A DNA stretch of 64,000 bases, taken from Rhodobacterales bacterium. GTDB lineage: Bacteria; Pseudomonadota; Alphaproteobacteria; Rhodobacterales; CAZPXZ01. The stretch lies in assembly GCA_965221505.1 (NCBI GenBank), contig CBDCSI010000002.1, positions 225,575 to 289,574 on the forward strand, written 5' to 3'. The notes under the pieces are model-generated. The model was not told the DNA's origin. It made no database searches and saw nothing but the letters and a program-made list of their open reading frames with translations. The position numbers and the translations under genes were made by a program. This document shows, one piece after another, positions 37,555-46,775 of the stretch (positions within the stretch are counted from its first letter, which is position 1; every line of letters begins with the position of its first letter).

Positions 37555-38553
37555 ATGCCGCGCGCCTGGGTCATTCACGACTATTCCGGATACGAGGGCC
37601 TCTCGCTCGTGGAGGTAGACGAGGAGGAACCCGGCCCGGGCGAAATCCGGCTGCGGGTGGAGGCGTTCGCCCTGAACTGGGGCGACATGAACCTGATGAA
37701 GGACCTCTATTCCTTCAGCTTTTCGTCGCTGCCGGCGAGAATTGGCATCGAGGCGGCGGGGATCGTCGATGCGGTCGGCCCGGAGGTCGCAGGCATCGAG
37801 CCCGGCATGCGCATGTGCACGCTGCCGTATTTTTACGACAAGCGCGGCGTCAGCGCGGAATCCGTCGTCGTCGACCACCGATACGTGACCCCCGCCCCGG
37901 AGGGATTGAGCGCGGTCGAGAGCGCCTCGATCTGGATGCAGTACATGACGGCCTACTTCCCGATCGTCGAACTGTCCCGTGCCGTTCCGGGAAAGTGCAT
38001 CCTGGCGCCGGCGGGCACCAGCACGGCCGGCACCGCGGCGCTCGAGATCGGCAGCCATTTCGGCGCCCGAATGATCACCACCACCCGGTTCGAATACAAC
38101 CGGCCGTTTCTCGAGTCGGTCGGGGCCAGCCGCGTTCACGTCGAGGGGACCGGCGACCTCGCCGAGCTGATCCTCGAAGCGACCGGCGGGCGCGGCATCG
38201 ACGCGGCCTTCGATCCGTCGGGCAGCGGCCTGATCCACCAATACGCGCCGGCGCTCGCGCGCGACGCGCGCATCTACTGCTACGGCACGCTGGACGGGAG
38301 CTTCCCGCAGCTGCCGGTGCGCGACATCTTCCAGGCCAATGCGGTTTTCCATCTGTACTCGCTGTTCAACTACGTGGAGGACCTCGAGATGCAGGCGAAG
38401 GGAACGGCCTTCGTCTACGACGCGCTCCGGCGCGGGATCGTCGCGCCGCGAATCGACCGCGTCGTGCCGATGGAGGGCTACCGGGACGCATGGGAATACG
38501 TTCGGGCGCCGCGAAAGAGCCACGGAAAGGTGGTCGTGGAGACCGGACTGTAG
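37555..38553 (+). CDS. MDR-superfamily oxidoreductase (NADPH:quinone reductase-like)
   Basis: GroES-like N-domain (GEIRLRVEAFALNWGD) and a Rossmann domain. Length and layout match the zeta-crystallin/Qor family. Confidence 0.8.
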   Translation: MPRAWVIHDYSGYEGLSLVEVDEEEPGPGEIRLRVEAFALNWGDMNLMKDLYSFSFSSLPARIGIEAAGIVDAVGPEVAGIEPGMRMCTLPYFYDKRGVSAESVVVDHRYVTPAPEGLSAVESASIWMQYMTAYFPIVELSRAVPGKCILAPAGTSTAGTAALEIGSHFGARMITTTRFEYNRPFLESVGASRVHVEGTGDLAELILEATGGRGIDAAFDPSGSGLIHQYAPALARDARIYCYGTLDGSFPQLPVRDIFQANAVFHLYSLFNYVEDLEMQAKGTAFVYDALRRGIVAPRIDRVVPMEGYRDAWEYVRAPRKSHGKVVVETGL

Positions 38554-38602
38554 CGGTTCGGAACCGTCTCGAAGCCTTCCCGGCCGGTCGCGGGACCGAC
38601 CG

Positions 38603-39589
38603 CTACGCTTCCGCTTCGTATACGCCGCGGGCGACGGCGCGCGCGACGCAGTCCGCAGCGGCCGAGCCGAGCGCGGCAAGGCGAGCGTCCCTCCGTCCGG
38701 CCAGTTTCGCCTTTCCGGTCGAGAGCGCGAAGATCGTGTCTCCGTCCATCAGCGTGTGCGACGGCCGCACCGCCCGCGCGATTCCGTCCTGCGCGGCCCG
38801 GGCCAGACGCTCGCATTCCGCGGTGGAGAGCGTCGCGTCGGTGGCCACCACGCCGATGACGGTGTTCAGGAGCGGCGCCTCTCTGCGATTCAACTTCGTA
38901 TCCGGCGGTATCGGATCGACCGCGGTCTCCATGCGTTCCGCAAGCGGGCGCCGCCCGCCGAACTCGTCGTCGATCTCCAGCGGCCACGCCCAGAAGGTGC
39001 GGCCGTCCGGCATGAACGGCGTGCCGACCGGGTTGGCCACCGCCAGCGCGGCCACGGTCATGCCCTCGAACTCCAGCGACGCCGAGCCCAGGCCCCCCGC
39101 ACCGGCCCCGGTCGTCGCGCCGCGGCCTGCGCCGGCCGCGCCCAGACGGAACTCCTGCGACGCCGCCTCCAGCGCCGCGGCGCCGAGGCGCCGGTAGGGC
39201 GGCTCTTCGCCCCATTCCTTGTCGCCGCCGTTGGCGAGATCGTAGATCACCGCAGAGGCGACGATCGGGATCGCCGGCGTTCCGCGGTCGAGTCGAAGTC
39301 CCGTTCCGCCGGCGGAGAGGCGCGCGAGCGCCGCATCCGCGGCGCCGAGCCCGAACGTCGATCCGCCGCAAAGCGCCACCGCATGCAGCCGGCCGACCAG
39401 ATTGCCGGGGCGAAGGCTGTCCGTCTCCCTCGTTCCCGGCGCGCCGCCGCGCACGTCGCATCCCGCGGTCGCGCCTCCGTCGGCCAAGACGATCGTGACG
39501 CCGCTCCGGGTCGTCTCGCAATCCGCGTTGCCGACGCGGAGACCCTCGACGTCGGTCAGGAGATTTCGCTTTCCCGGCGCGGCCCGCAT
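38603..39589 (-). CDS. P1/S58 family peptidase (DmpA-like aminopeptidase)
   Basis: NLLTDVEGLRVGNA, SGVTIVL and GGAPGTRETD motifs, with the family-typical self-processing Ntn-hydrolase layout. Confidence 0.8.
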   Translation of the reverse strand: MRAAPGKRNLLTDVEGLRVGNADCETTRSGVTIVLADGGATAGCDVRGGAPGTRETDSLRPGNLVGRLHAVALCGGSTFGLGAADAALARLSAGGTGLRLDRGTPAIPIVASAVIYDLANGGDKEWGEEPPYRRLGAAALEAASQEFRLGAAGAGRGATTGAGAGGLGSASLEFEGMTVAALAVANPVGTPFMPDGRTFWAWPLEIDDEFGGRRPLAERMETAVDPIPPDTKLNRREAPLLNTVIGVVATDATLSTAECERLARAAQDGIARAVRPSHTLMDGDTIFALSTGKAKLAGRRDARLAALGSAAADCVARAVARGVYEAEA

Positions 39590-39593
39590 CGCC

Positions 39594-41015
39594 TCAGCCC
39601 AGTCGGGCGAGCAGCCGGACGATTCGCCGGACCCGGTCGCTGAACAGCCTGGGCGTGTAGTAGCTGCCGGCGAGTCGCTTGTTGATTTCGCCGAGGGTCG
39701 GATAGGGCGCGACGAATCCGGCCAGGGCGCCGATTTTCAGTCTGGCGGAGATCGCCAGCGCCCAGATCTGGATCAACTCGCCCGCGTGGCTGCCGACGAT
39801 CGACGCGCCGGCCACGCGCCCGGACGGATCCAGCACGGCCTTGGCGAGGCCCTCGGTCGCCCGTTCGGCTTGCGCACGGTCGTTTTCCGCAAACGCGAAC
39901 CGGAGCACCGTGCACCGGTCTCCCCACCGCTCCCGCGCCTGCGACTCGGACATCCCGGCCTGCGCCATCTCCGGATCGGTGTAGGTCACCCACGGGATAT
40001 GGTCGACGCGCGCCTTCGCCGACATCCGGAACAACGCGTTGCGGATTACGATCCCGGCGTGATAGCCGGCCACGTGCGTGAACTGGAGCCCGCCCGCGAT
40101 ATCGCCGATGGCGTAGACGCGCCGATTGGACACGCTCCGGAGCGTCGCGTCCACCTCGACGCCCGCCCGTCCCGCCTTCACGGCGCCTGCCTCGAGGTTC
40201 AATGCGCCGAGATTCGGCCGGCGCCCGGCGGCGACCAGCAGGTGGGAGCCGTCGATCGCCTCCGCGCCGTCGAACTCGACCCGGAACCGGCCGTCCGCAT
40301 GCGAGATACCGGAGATCTTGACTTCTTCCCGTATTTCGACGCCCTCGCCCTTCAGGCGTTTCAGCAGGACGGCGGCGAGTTCCGGATCGTCCCGCCCGAG
40401 CGCCCGGAACGCCTCCAGCACGACCACCTCGGCCCCGAGCCGCCGGTGGGCCTGCGCCATCTCCATGCCGATCGGACCGGCTCCGATCACGATCATCCGG
40501 TCGGGGCGAACCGTGTTGTCGAACACGGTCTCGTTGGTCAGGTAGGGGACCGAATCGAGACCGGGGATCGGCGGCGCCGAGGGCGACGAGCCGGTGGCGA
40601 GAACGAAACGCCTCGCCCGAATCCGGGTGCCTCCGGCCTCGATTTCCTGCGGCGACGCGAATCGGCCCTCGGCCTGCAGAACCCGCACCCCGAGACCCTC
40701 GAACCGCTCGACCGAATCGTGCGGCGCGATCGCCGCGATCACCCCGTGCACGTGGTCGTGCACCCGCTGCCAGTCCACGTCCGGCTCGTTCGGCGCGACG
40801 CCGAACGGCGCGCCGGTGCGATGGGCTTCGGCATGTTTTGCGGCGGCGAGCAACGCCTTCGACGGCACGCAGCCGTAGTTCAGGCAGTCGCCGCCCATCT
40901 TCGCGCGCTCGACGAGCACCACCGAAGCCCCCATCTGGACCGCGCCGGCGGCGACGGAAAGGCCGCCGGATCCGGCGCCGACGACGCAGAGATCGGGTCG
41001 CAACACTTCCGACAC
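39594..41015 (-). CDS. FAD-dependent pyridine nucleotide-disulfide oxidoreductase (dihydrolipoyl dehydrogenase/mercuric reductase-like)
   Basis: FAD fold VVGAGSGGLSVAAGA, redox disulfide GGDCLNYGCVPSK, second Rossmann fold VIGAGPIGMEMA and a C-terminal dimerisation domain. Confidence 0.85.
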   Translation of the reverse strand: MSEVLRPDLCVVGAGSGGLSVAAGAVQMGASVVLVERAKMGGDCLNYGCVPSKALLAAAKHAEAHRTGAPFGVAPNEPDVDWQRVHDHVHGVIAAIAPHDSVERFEGLGVRVLQAEGRFASPQEIEAGGTRIRARRFVLATGSSPSAPPIPGLDSVPYLTNETVFDNTVRPDRMIVIGAGPIGMEMAQAHRRLGAEVVVLEAFRALGRDDPELAAVLLKRLKGEGVEIREEVKISGISHADGRFRVEFDGAEAIDGSHLLVAAGRRPNLGALNLEAGAVKAGRAGVEVDATLRSVSNRRVYAIGDIAGGLQFTHVAGYHAGIVIRNALFRMSAKARVDHIPWVTYTDPEMAQAGMSESQARERWGDRCTVLRFAFAENDRAQAERATEGLAKAVLDPSGRVAGASIVGSHAGELIQIWALAISARLKIGALAGFVAPYPTLGEINKRLAGSYYTPRLFSDRVRRIVRLLARLG

Positions 41016-41016
41016 G

Positions 41017-41760
41017 TCAATTACCTCCCGTTTGCGAACGCGCGCGAATCCTCTTGATCGCGATCGGCAGGATCGCGAGCGCGCAGAGGCCGAGAATGGG
41101 CCCGAGTATGTTCCACTCGAAGATCAGCCCGAGATTCGGGGTCTCGCCGCGGGCGATGACCTCGTCGACTCCCGCGCCCACCCAGGTGTAGACGCCGCTC
41201 CCGGGAACGATCCCGAGCAGGGTGGTCCAGACGTAGGTGTTCAGACGGACCCCGAGGAGCGCCGCGGCGATGTTGACCGCAAAGAACGGAATCGCCGGAA
41301 CCAGCCGCATGAGCAGCATGAACGAGACCTCGTTCTGGTGAAATTCCTCCTCCGCCCGCCGGAGCCACGCGCCCGCGTTTCGGACGAGCGTCTCCCGGAG
41401 CGCGGTCTTGGCCGCCAGGAAAATCAGCGTGGCGCCGATCGTCGCGCTGACGACGGTGGTCACGGTGCCGAGCACGAGGCCGAACAGGAACCCGCCGGCG
41501 ATCGTCAGCCACACGGCGCCGGGAACGGAGAACGCGACGGCGAGGACGTAGACGGCGCCGTAGACCAGAACGGCGATCGCCAGATTCCGGTCCCGCCACT
41601 CGGCGAGCGCGTCGCGGTTTTCCCGAAACGCCTCGAAACTCAGGTAGTCGCCGAAGAACCAGAAGCCGGCGACGCCGCCGGCGACCACCAGGGCCAGGAG
41701 ACCGACCCTCAGGGGCGAGAACCCGCCGCCCTTGCTGCCGGATTCGACTGGATCGCTCAT
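41017..41760 (-). CDS. TVP38/TMEM64 (DedA-related) family membrane protein
   Basis: ATG 41760 (MSDPVESG..). Multiple TM helices and the family core VPGAVWTIAGGFLFG ... LRLVPAIPFFAVN. The stop abuts the start of the oxidoreductase gene, a commonly seen gene pair. Confidence 0.8.
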   Translation of the reverse strand: MSDPVESGSKGGGFSPLRVGLLALVVAGGVAGFWFFGDYLSFEAFRENRDALAEWRDRNLAIAVLVYGAVYVLAVAFSVPGAVWLTIAGGFLFGLVLGTVTTVVSATIGATLIFLAAKTALRETLVRNAGAWLRRAEEEFHQNEVSFMLLMRLVPAIPFFAVNIAAALLGVRLNTYVWTTLLGIVPGSGVYTWVGAGVDEVIARGETPNLGLIFEWNILGPILGLCALAILPIAIKRIRARSQTGGN

Positions 41761-42073
41761 GCCCGCCTCCCCCCAAAGGACTGCCTGTCCGCCTCCGGGT
41801 CCGGTCCCGGTTCGGCGCCTGGCGCATTCTGCCGCTTGACGCGCGGCATTGCCAGTCCGTCCGGTACGGATACCTTGCCGCACGGCCGAAGCCGACATGG
41901 CGTACGGTTCGGCGTTTGGGCGTAGCCGTGCGCAGTCCCGAGAAGCCGCTACTCGGGGACGGCGCCTCGTCGCAGCCGTTGACAATTCCGATGCGATCGG
42001 CGTATAGAGTGCCCGGCTGCGCCGCGACGCGCACGACTCTCCCTCCCCCGCACGCAGACCTGAGGTGCATGCC

Positions 42074-42208
42074 GTGAAGCGCACATTTCAGCCGAGCCGC
42101 CTTGTCCGCAAGCGCCGTCACGGGTTTCGGGCCCGCATGGCGACGAAGAACGGCCGCAAGATCATCAACCGTCGCCGCGCGAAGGGCCGCAAGCGGCTTT
42201 CGGCCTGA
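42074..42208 (+). CDS. rpmH: 50S ribosomal protein L34
   Basis: Not in the ORF track because it is under 60 aa. GTG 42074 is preceded by GAGGTG and translates to (M)[43 protein letters not shown]. Confidence 0.95.
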   Translation: MKRTFQPSRLVRKRRHGFRARMATKNGRKIINRRRAKGRKRLSA

Positions 42209-42282
42209 CCGCAAACCCGCCAGGGACGGACAGGGAGGCGCCGGACAGGGCAGCGCCCGACTCCGGGCGAACCCGGCCCCAG

Positions 42283-42648
42283 TTGATTTCGATGAAGCGT
42301 CGTCAGGACTTCATTGCGGCCAGCCGCGGACGACGGGCGGTCCAGCCCGGCGTGGTCCTGCAGGCGCGCCGGCGCGATCCGGCGCCGGAGGCGCCGATTC
42401 GGATCGGATACACCGCTTCTCGCAGGGTCGGCGGCGCAGTGGTCCGCAACCGGGCGAAGCGACGGCTCCGAGCCGCCGCGGCGTTGACCATGCCGCAGCT
42501 GGGCGCCGCCGGCTGGGACTACGTGCTGATCGCGCGGCCCGACGCCACGGCGACGCAGCCTTTCGCGCAACTGCTCGGAAACCTCGCCCGCGCCGTGCGG
42601 TCGGTCCATTCCGGCAAGGGATCCGGAAGAAGGCGGCATTCGCGATGA
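42283..42648 (+). CDS. rnpA: ribonuclease P protein component
   Basis: KRRQDFIAASRG, RIGYTASRRVGGAVVRNRAKRRLR (RNR motif) and its position after rpmH. Start is TTG 42283 or ATG 42292. Confidence 0.9.
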   Translation: MISMKRRQDFIAASRGRRAVQPGVVLQARRRDPAPEAPIRIGYTASRRVGGAVVRNRAKRRLRAAAALTMPQLGAAGWDYVLIARPDATATQPFAQLLGNLARAVRSVHSGKGSGRRRHSR

Positions 42649-42914
42649 GAGACTCCCTCGTCTCGACGTTCGCCGTCCGCCTGCTCTCGGCTCCGGTCCG
42701 GTTCTACCGGCTGTTCGTCTCCGGGCTGTTGCCGCCCACCTGCCGCTATCAGCCGACCTGCTCCGAATACGCGTTGCGGGTCCTTCGAAGCCACGGCGCG
42801 ATTCGCGGCGGCCTCCTGACCCTGCGCCGGATCGGTCGCTGTCATCCCGTTCGGGCGCTGGGAGGCGGCGAAGGCTACGATCCGCCCCCGCCCCAGCCCC
42901 GGACTTCCCGCTGA
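42645..42914 (+). CDS. yidD: membrane protein insertion efficiency factor
   Basis: YRLFVSGLLPPTCRYQPTCSEYA and GRCHP motifs. The ATG overlaps the rnpA stop (ATGA). Confidence 0.9.
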   Translation: MRDSLVSTFAVRLLSAPVRFYRLFVSGLLPPTCRYQPTCSEYALRVLRSHGAIRGGLLTLRRIGRCHPVRALGGGEGYDPPPPQPRTSR

Positions 42915-44710
42915 TGGACGACAATCAAACCAGAAACCTGCTCCTCGCGGCCGCGCTCAGCTTCGCCGTGGTGCTCGTCTGGACGTATTTTCTGCAGCCG
43001 CCGTTGCCGCCGCCGCCCTCCGGGCAGGTCGAGACGCAGGCGGAAGACACGCCAGAGGGGTTGTCGCTTCCCTCCGCCGGCGGCGCGCCGGGGGGAACCC
43101 TGGCGGAAGTGCAGGAGCCCTCGCGCGCCGAGCGCGTGGCGATCGAGGCGCCCGGCGTTTTCGGCTCGGTGTCGCTGAACGGGGGCCGGATCGACGACCT
43201 CTTCCTGGCCGAATACCGCGAGGAGGTAGAGCCGGGATCGCCCCCCGTTCACCTCCTGGCCTCCGCGTCCGAGCCGGGCGGCTATTACGCGGTCTACGGC
43301 TGGACGGCCGGCCGCGGCGGGCCGCCCACGCCCGGGCCGTCGACCGAATGGGAACTGGTCGGAGGAAGCGTGCTCAGCCCCGGCCGGCCCATCACGCTCG
43401 GGTGGGAAAACGGAGCCGGCCTTCGGTTCGAACGTCGAATCGAGGTGGACGAGCATTTCTTGTTCACCGTGACCCAGTCGGTGCAGAACGACGGCCCGGA
43501 TTCCGTCTCGCTCTCGCCCTACGGAATCGTCGCGCGGCACGGGACCCCGGACACGCTGGGTTTCTTCATCCTGCACGAGGGCCCGATCGGCATGTTCGAC
43601 GGCACGCTGCGGGAGCACGACTACGACGATCTCCTCGACTTCTCGACCGTCGGCACCGAGGGCGGCCCGGCCGAGATCCACGACATCGAGAACAACGGCT
43701 GGATCGGCTTTACGGACAATTACTGGATGACCGCGCTGGTTCCGGCCGCAAACCAGCCGTTCCGCGCCGTGTTCAAGTCCGGGCAGTCCGGCGCCGGCCC
43801 CGTCTACCAGACGGACATGCGGCTCCCCTCCCTCGTGGTTCCGCCCGGAAGCCGCGCCGACGCGAGAACCCATCTCTTCGCCGGCGCCAAGGAAGTGTCG
43901 ACCATCCGGGCCTATCAGGAGAGCCTCGGCATCGAACGCTTCGAGGACGCCGTGGACTGGGGCTGGTTCTTCTTTCTGACCAAGCCGTTCTTCCAGATCC
44001 TGGTCTGGATCCAGAGCCATATCGGCAATATGGGCTTCTCGATCATCCTCCTCACCGTTCTGGTAAAGGCGGTGTTGTTCCCGCTGGCGTACAAGTCCTA
44101 CGCCGCCATGGCGCGCATGAAGACCCTGCAACCGGAAATGGAGAAGCTCAAGGAGCGGGTCGGCGACGACCGGGCCGCCATGCAGCGGGAGATGATGGCG
44201 CTCTACAAGAAGGAGAAGGTCAACCCGGCCGCCGGCTGCCTCCCGATCCTGCTGCAGATCCCGATCTTCTTCTCGCTCTACAAGGTTCTGCTGGTCGCCA
44301 TCGAGATGCGGCACGCCCCGTTCGTCGGCTGGATCCGCGACCTCACGGCGCCCGACCCCACCTCGCTGTTCAACCTCTTCGGCCTCATTCCGTTCACCCC
44401 GCCGGAGTTGCTCGGGATCGGCTTCTGGCCGATTCTGATGGGGGTCACGATGTGGCTGCAGATGAAGCTGAATCCGGCGCCCGCCGATCCCATCCAGCAG
44501 AAGATCTTCGCGTGGATGCCGTGGGTGTTCACCTTCATGCTCGGCCGGTTTCCCGCCGGACTGGTGATCTACTGGACGGCCAACAACGTCCTGACGTTCA
44601 TGCAGCAATACACCATCATGCGCGCGCAGGGGGCGGAGGTGGACCTGCTCGGGAACATCTCCTCGACCTTCAAGCGCAAGGGCCGAAAGCGCGGCTCCGG
44701 CGGGACGTGA
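42914..44710 (+). CDS. yidC: membrane protein insertase YidC
   Basis: N-terminal TM helix, large periplasmic domain, and the conserved C-terminal 60-kDa-IMP region (GNMGFSIILLTVLVKAVLFPL, GCLPILLQIPIFFSLY). The start overlaps the yidD stop (TGATG). Confidence 0.95.
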   Translation: MDDNQTRNLLLAAALSFAVVLVWTYFLQPPLPPPPSGQVETQAEDTPEGLSLPSAGGAPGGTLAEVQEPSRAERVAIEAPGVFGSVSLNGGRIDDLFLAEYREEVEPGSPPVHLLASASEPGGYYAVYGWTAGRGGPPTPGPSTEWELVGGSVLSPGRPITLGWENGAGLRFERRIEVDEHFLFTVTQSVQNDGPDSVSLSPYGIVARHGTPDTLGFFILHEGPIGMFDGTLREHDYDDLLDFSTVGTEGGPAEIHDIENNGWIGFTDNYWMTALVPAANQPFRAVFKSGQSGAGPVYQTDMRLPSLVVPPGSRADARTHLFAGAKEVSTIRAYQESLGIERFEDAVDWGWFFFLTKPFFQILVWIQSHIGNMGFSIILLTVLVKAVLFPLAYKSYAAMARMKTLQPEMEKLKERVGDDRAAMQREMMALYKKEKVNPAAGCLPILLQIPIFFSLYKVLLVAIEMRHAPFVGWIRDLTAPDPTSLFNLFGLIPFTPPELLGIGFWPILMGVTMWLQMKLNPAPADPIQQKIFAWMPWVFTFMLGRFPAGLVIYWTANNVLTFMQQYTIMRAQGAEVDLLGNISSTFKRKGRKRGSGGT

Positions 44711-45357
44711 CCGAAGCCGCCGCTGCCGACGCGGTTCGAAGGCTGTTTCGGCAACCCTGCGCCTTCGCGATCGGGGCCTCGGACCTCGGAGCGCTGCCGG
44801 ACGACGGGAGGCCGGAGGTGTGTTTCGGCGGCCGCTCCAACGTCGGCAAGTCGAGCCTGCTCAACGCGCTGGTCGGCCGGCGCGCGCTGGCGCGGACGTC
44901 TTCCAGTCCCGGACGCACGCGGACGCTGAATTATTTCGACCTCGGCGGCGTCCTGTGGCTGGTCGACCTGCCCGGCTACGGATACGCACGCGCGTCCTGG
45001 CGGGAAGCGAGAGCCTGGGGACGTCTGGTGGAGGCCTATCTCGGAACGCGCCGGAGCCTGCTTCGCGCCTACGTCCTGATCGACGCCCGGCGCGGCGTCG
45101 GGGACTCGGACCACGCCTTCCTGTCGCTCCTGGACCGGGCCGGGATCGGGTTTCAGGCGGTCGCCACCAAGGAGGACAAGATCCGCCCGTCGGAGAGGGG
45201 CGCCTCGGACGCGTCCATCCTGGAAGCGTTGCATACGCACCCGGCGGCCCGCCCGACGGTGTTGCGCACGTCGGCCCGCAAGCGCACGGGACTGGACGAG
45301 TTGCGAGTCGACATCGCCGCCGCCCTGCCCGCGCACTCGGCGCCGGACGCATCCTGA
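44707..45357 (+). CDS. engB: ribosome biogenesis GTP-binding protein YihA/EngB
   Basis: G1 GRSNVGKSSLLNAL, G3 DLPGYGYA and G4 TKEDK. The GTG start overlaps the yidC stop (GTGA). Confidence 0.9.
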   Translation: MTEAAAADAVRRLFRQPCAFAIGASDLGALPDDGRPEVCFGGRSNVGKSSLLNALVGRRALARTSSSPGRTRTLNYFDLGGVLWLVDLPGYGYARASWREARAWGRLVEAYLGTRRSLLRAYVLIDARRGVGDSDHAFLSLLDRAGIGFQAVATKEDKIRPSERGASDASILEALHTHPAARPTVLRTSARKRTGLDELRVDIAAALPAHSAPDAS

Positions 45358-45687
45358 CCCGGATCCCGGGCGGCAAGGCATCGCATCCGGCACCGGGAGC
45401 GGCCAGCGACGAACCCTTAGACGAACCCTTCCCTAACTCCGCGGAAGGGCAAGCGCGTCACGCGTACGACGAATTGAGCCGCCGGAAGGGGTGAATCGGA
45501 GGCCGTCGGAGCGAGGCGCGGCGAGCGTCCGGCCGCACCCGATTACCGGCGCGTCAATCGCTTCCGGCGAAGGCGACCGCCCGGCGGGCCGTCCGTCCCG
45601 CGACGAATCGCCGTAGCCGTCGGCAACGACGTATCGACCGTCACGACGAACGCGAGACGCTCCCGGACTCCGCCGCAAACGGTCCCG

Positions 45688-45975
45688 TTACCCCCCAACG
45701 GTATCGAGATATTCCCTCCTCTTTTCGGAGGCCCAAGGCTGGCCGCCGTGAACCTGATGGAGCGACTGGTCCGAGACCTTCGAATCCTGCGGCAGGACGA
45801 AATTCGCCACGTTGGGCGTGTCCTCGTGGACCTTGATCTCCAGATCGTCCGGCAACTTGTACCCGAGCTCGCTTTCGAGCGCCGTCTTGGGCGATTCGAT
45901 CAAACTGGCCCGAAACGCTTCGTCTTCGGATGCCCGGCGCACCAGGTGCGCCCTCACTTCGTCTGCGGTCTTCAT
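45688..45975 (-). CDS. NHLP family RiPP precursor paralogue (orphan), predicted core QPWASEKRREYLDTVGG
   Basis: 95 aa from ATG 45975, with GGGGAGA upstream: MKTADEVRAHLVRRASEDEAFRASLIESPKTALESELGYKLPDDLEIKVHEDTPNVANFVLPQDSKVSDQSLHQVHGG/QPWASEKRREYLDTVGG. The leader and GG site align with the peptide at 17506-17778. Confidence 0.8.
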   Translation of the reverse strand: MKTADEVRAHLVRRASEDEAFRASLIESPKTALESELGYKLPDDLEIKVHEDTPNVANFVLPQDSKVSDQSLHQVHGGQPWASEKRREYLDTVGG

Positions 45976-46775
45976 GCCGATCGTCTCCCCTTGATCCAAG
46001 AAGCAATACTCCAGTGCGACGATACTACAACGGCAGCGCGAGAGGAATCGCCGGGCGCGACCGGGAGGGCCGCTACCAAGTTCCGTCGGTCGCACCCGGC
46101 ATCGACGCTGTCATGAGCGGCCGGCAAGATCGGAAGCACGGTCGCGAACGGGACCGGACCCCGACAAATCTTCCCGACTCGAGATCGGGGGGGCGGCGCG
46201 GCACGCCTGCGAGAGCTTCACCCGCCGTACTCGGGCTCTCCGGACATCGCCGAAGTCGGCCCCGGCAAGCGTCTCCCCCCAGTAGGACGACGCCTGACGA
46301 TCTGAAGAATATGGCAAGAGTTCGAATTCGCCCTTCTTCCCCGCGCATGACGCACGAGCTTGCGTCGTAGCGCAAGGGAAAATACGGGCAGACGCTCGCC
46401 TCTCGACTGCCTTCGCTTTCGACGGAGGGGAACCGATTCCGGACGCCCGTCGATGCGCTCCATGCGTCGAAGAAGTGCCGCCGACCAGGATCATGCAACC
46501 TCCGGGCCTTCGACCCATGCAGCGTATGCGGGCCAGGGGCTCGAGCGAATTTGCGTCGCGGTAGGTTTGCGCGCTGTCGCGAACGCGCCCCGGCGATGCG
46601 TCTCGTCCGGGGCCGGAGCGCGAGTCGCGACGTAGGGCCGGGAGAACCCCGACCGGGATTCGGCGCGAACCGGTTCGAAGGGCAACGAACCCGACGTTCG
46701 CGCCGGCGTACCGAATCTGCGCAGACCGGACCGGACCAGGCACGCTCGCCCGGAGGCCGACCTCGCGCCCGTCGC

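Noticed and set aside
34284-39197. 1637-aa plus-strand ORF and the 1198-aa minus-strand ORF (33535-37131) over glnE and its neighbours
   Set aside because: Both are off-frame or antisense to glnE, the quinone-reductase-like gene and the DmpA-like gene. Both have low-complexity Arg/Pro-rich sequence with no motifs.
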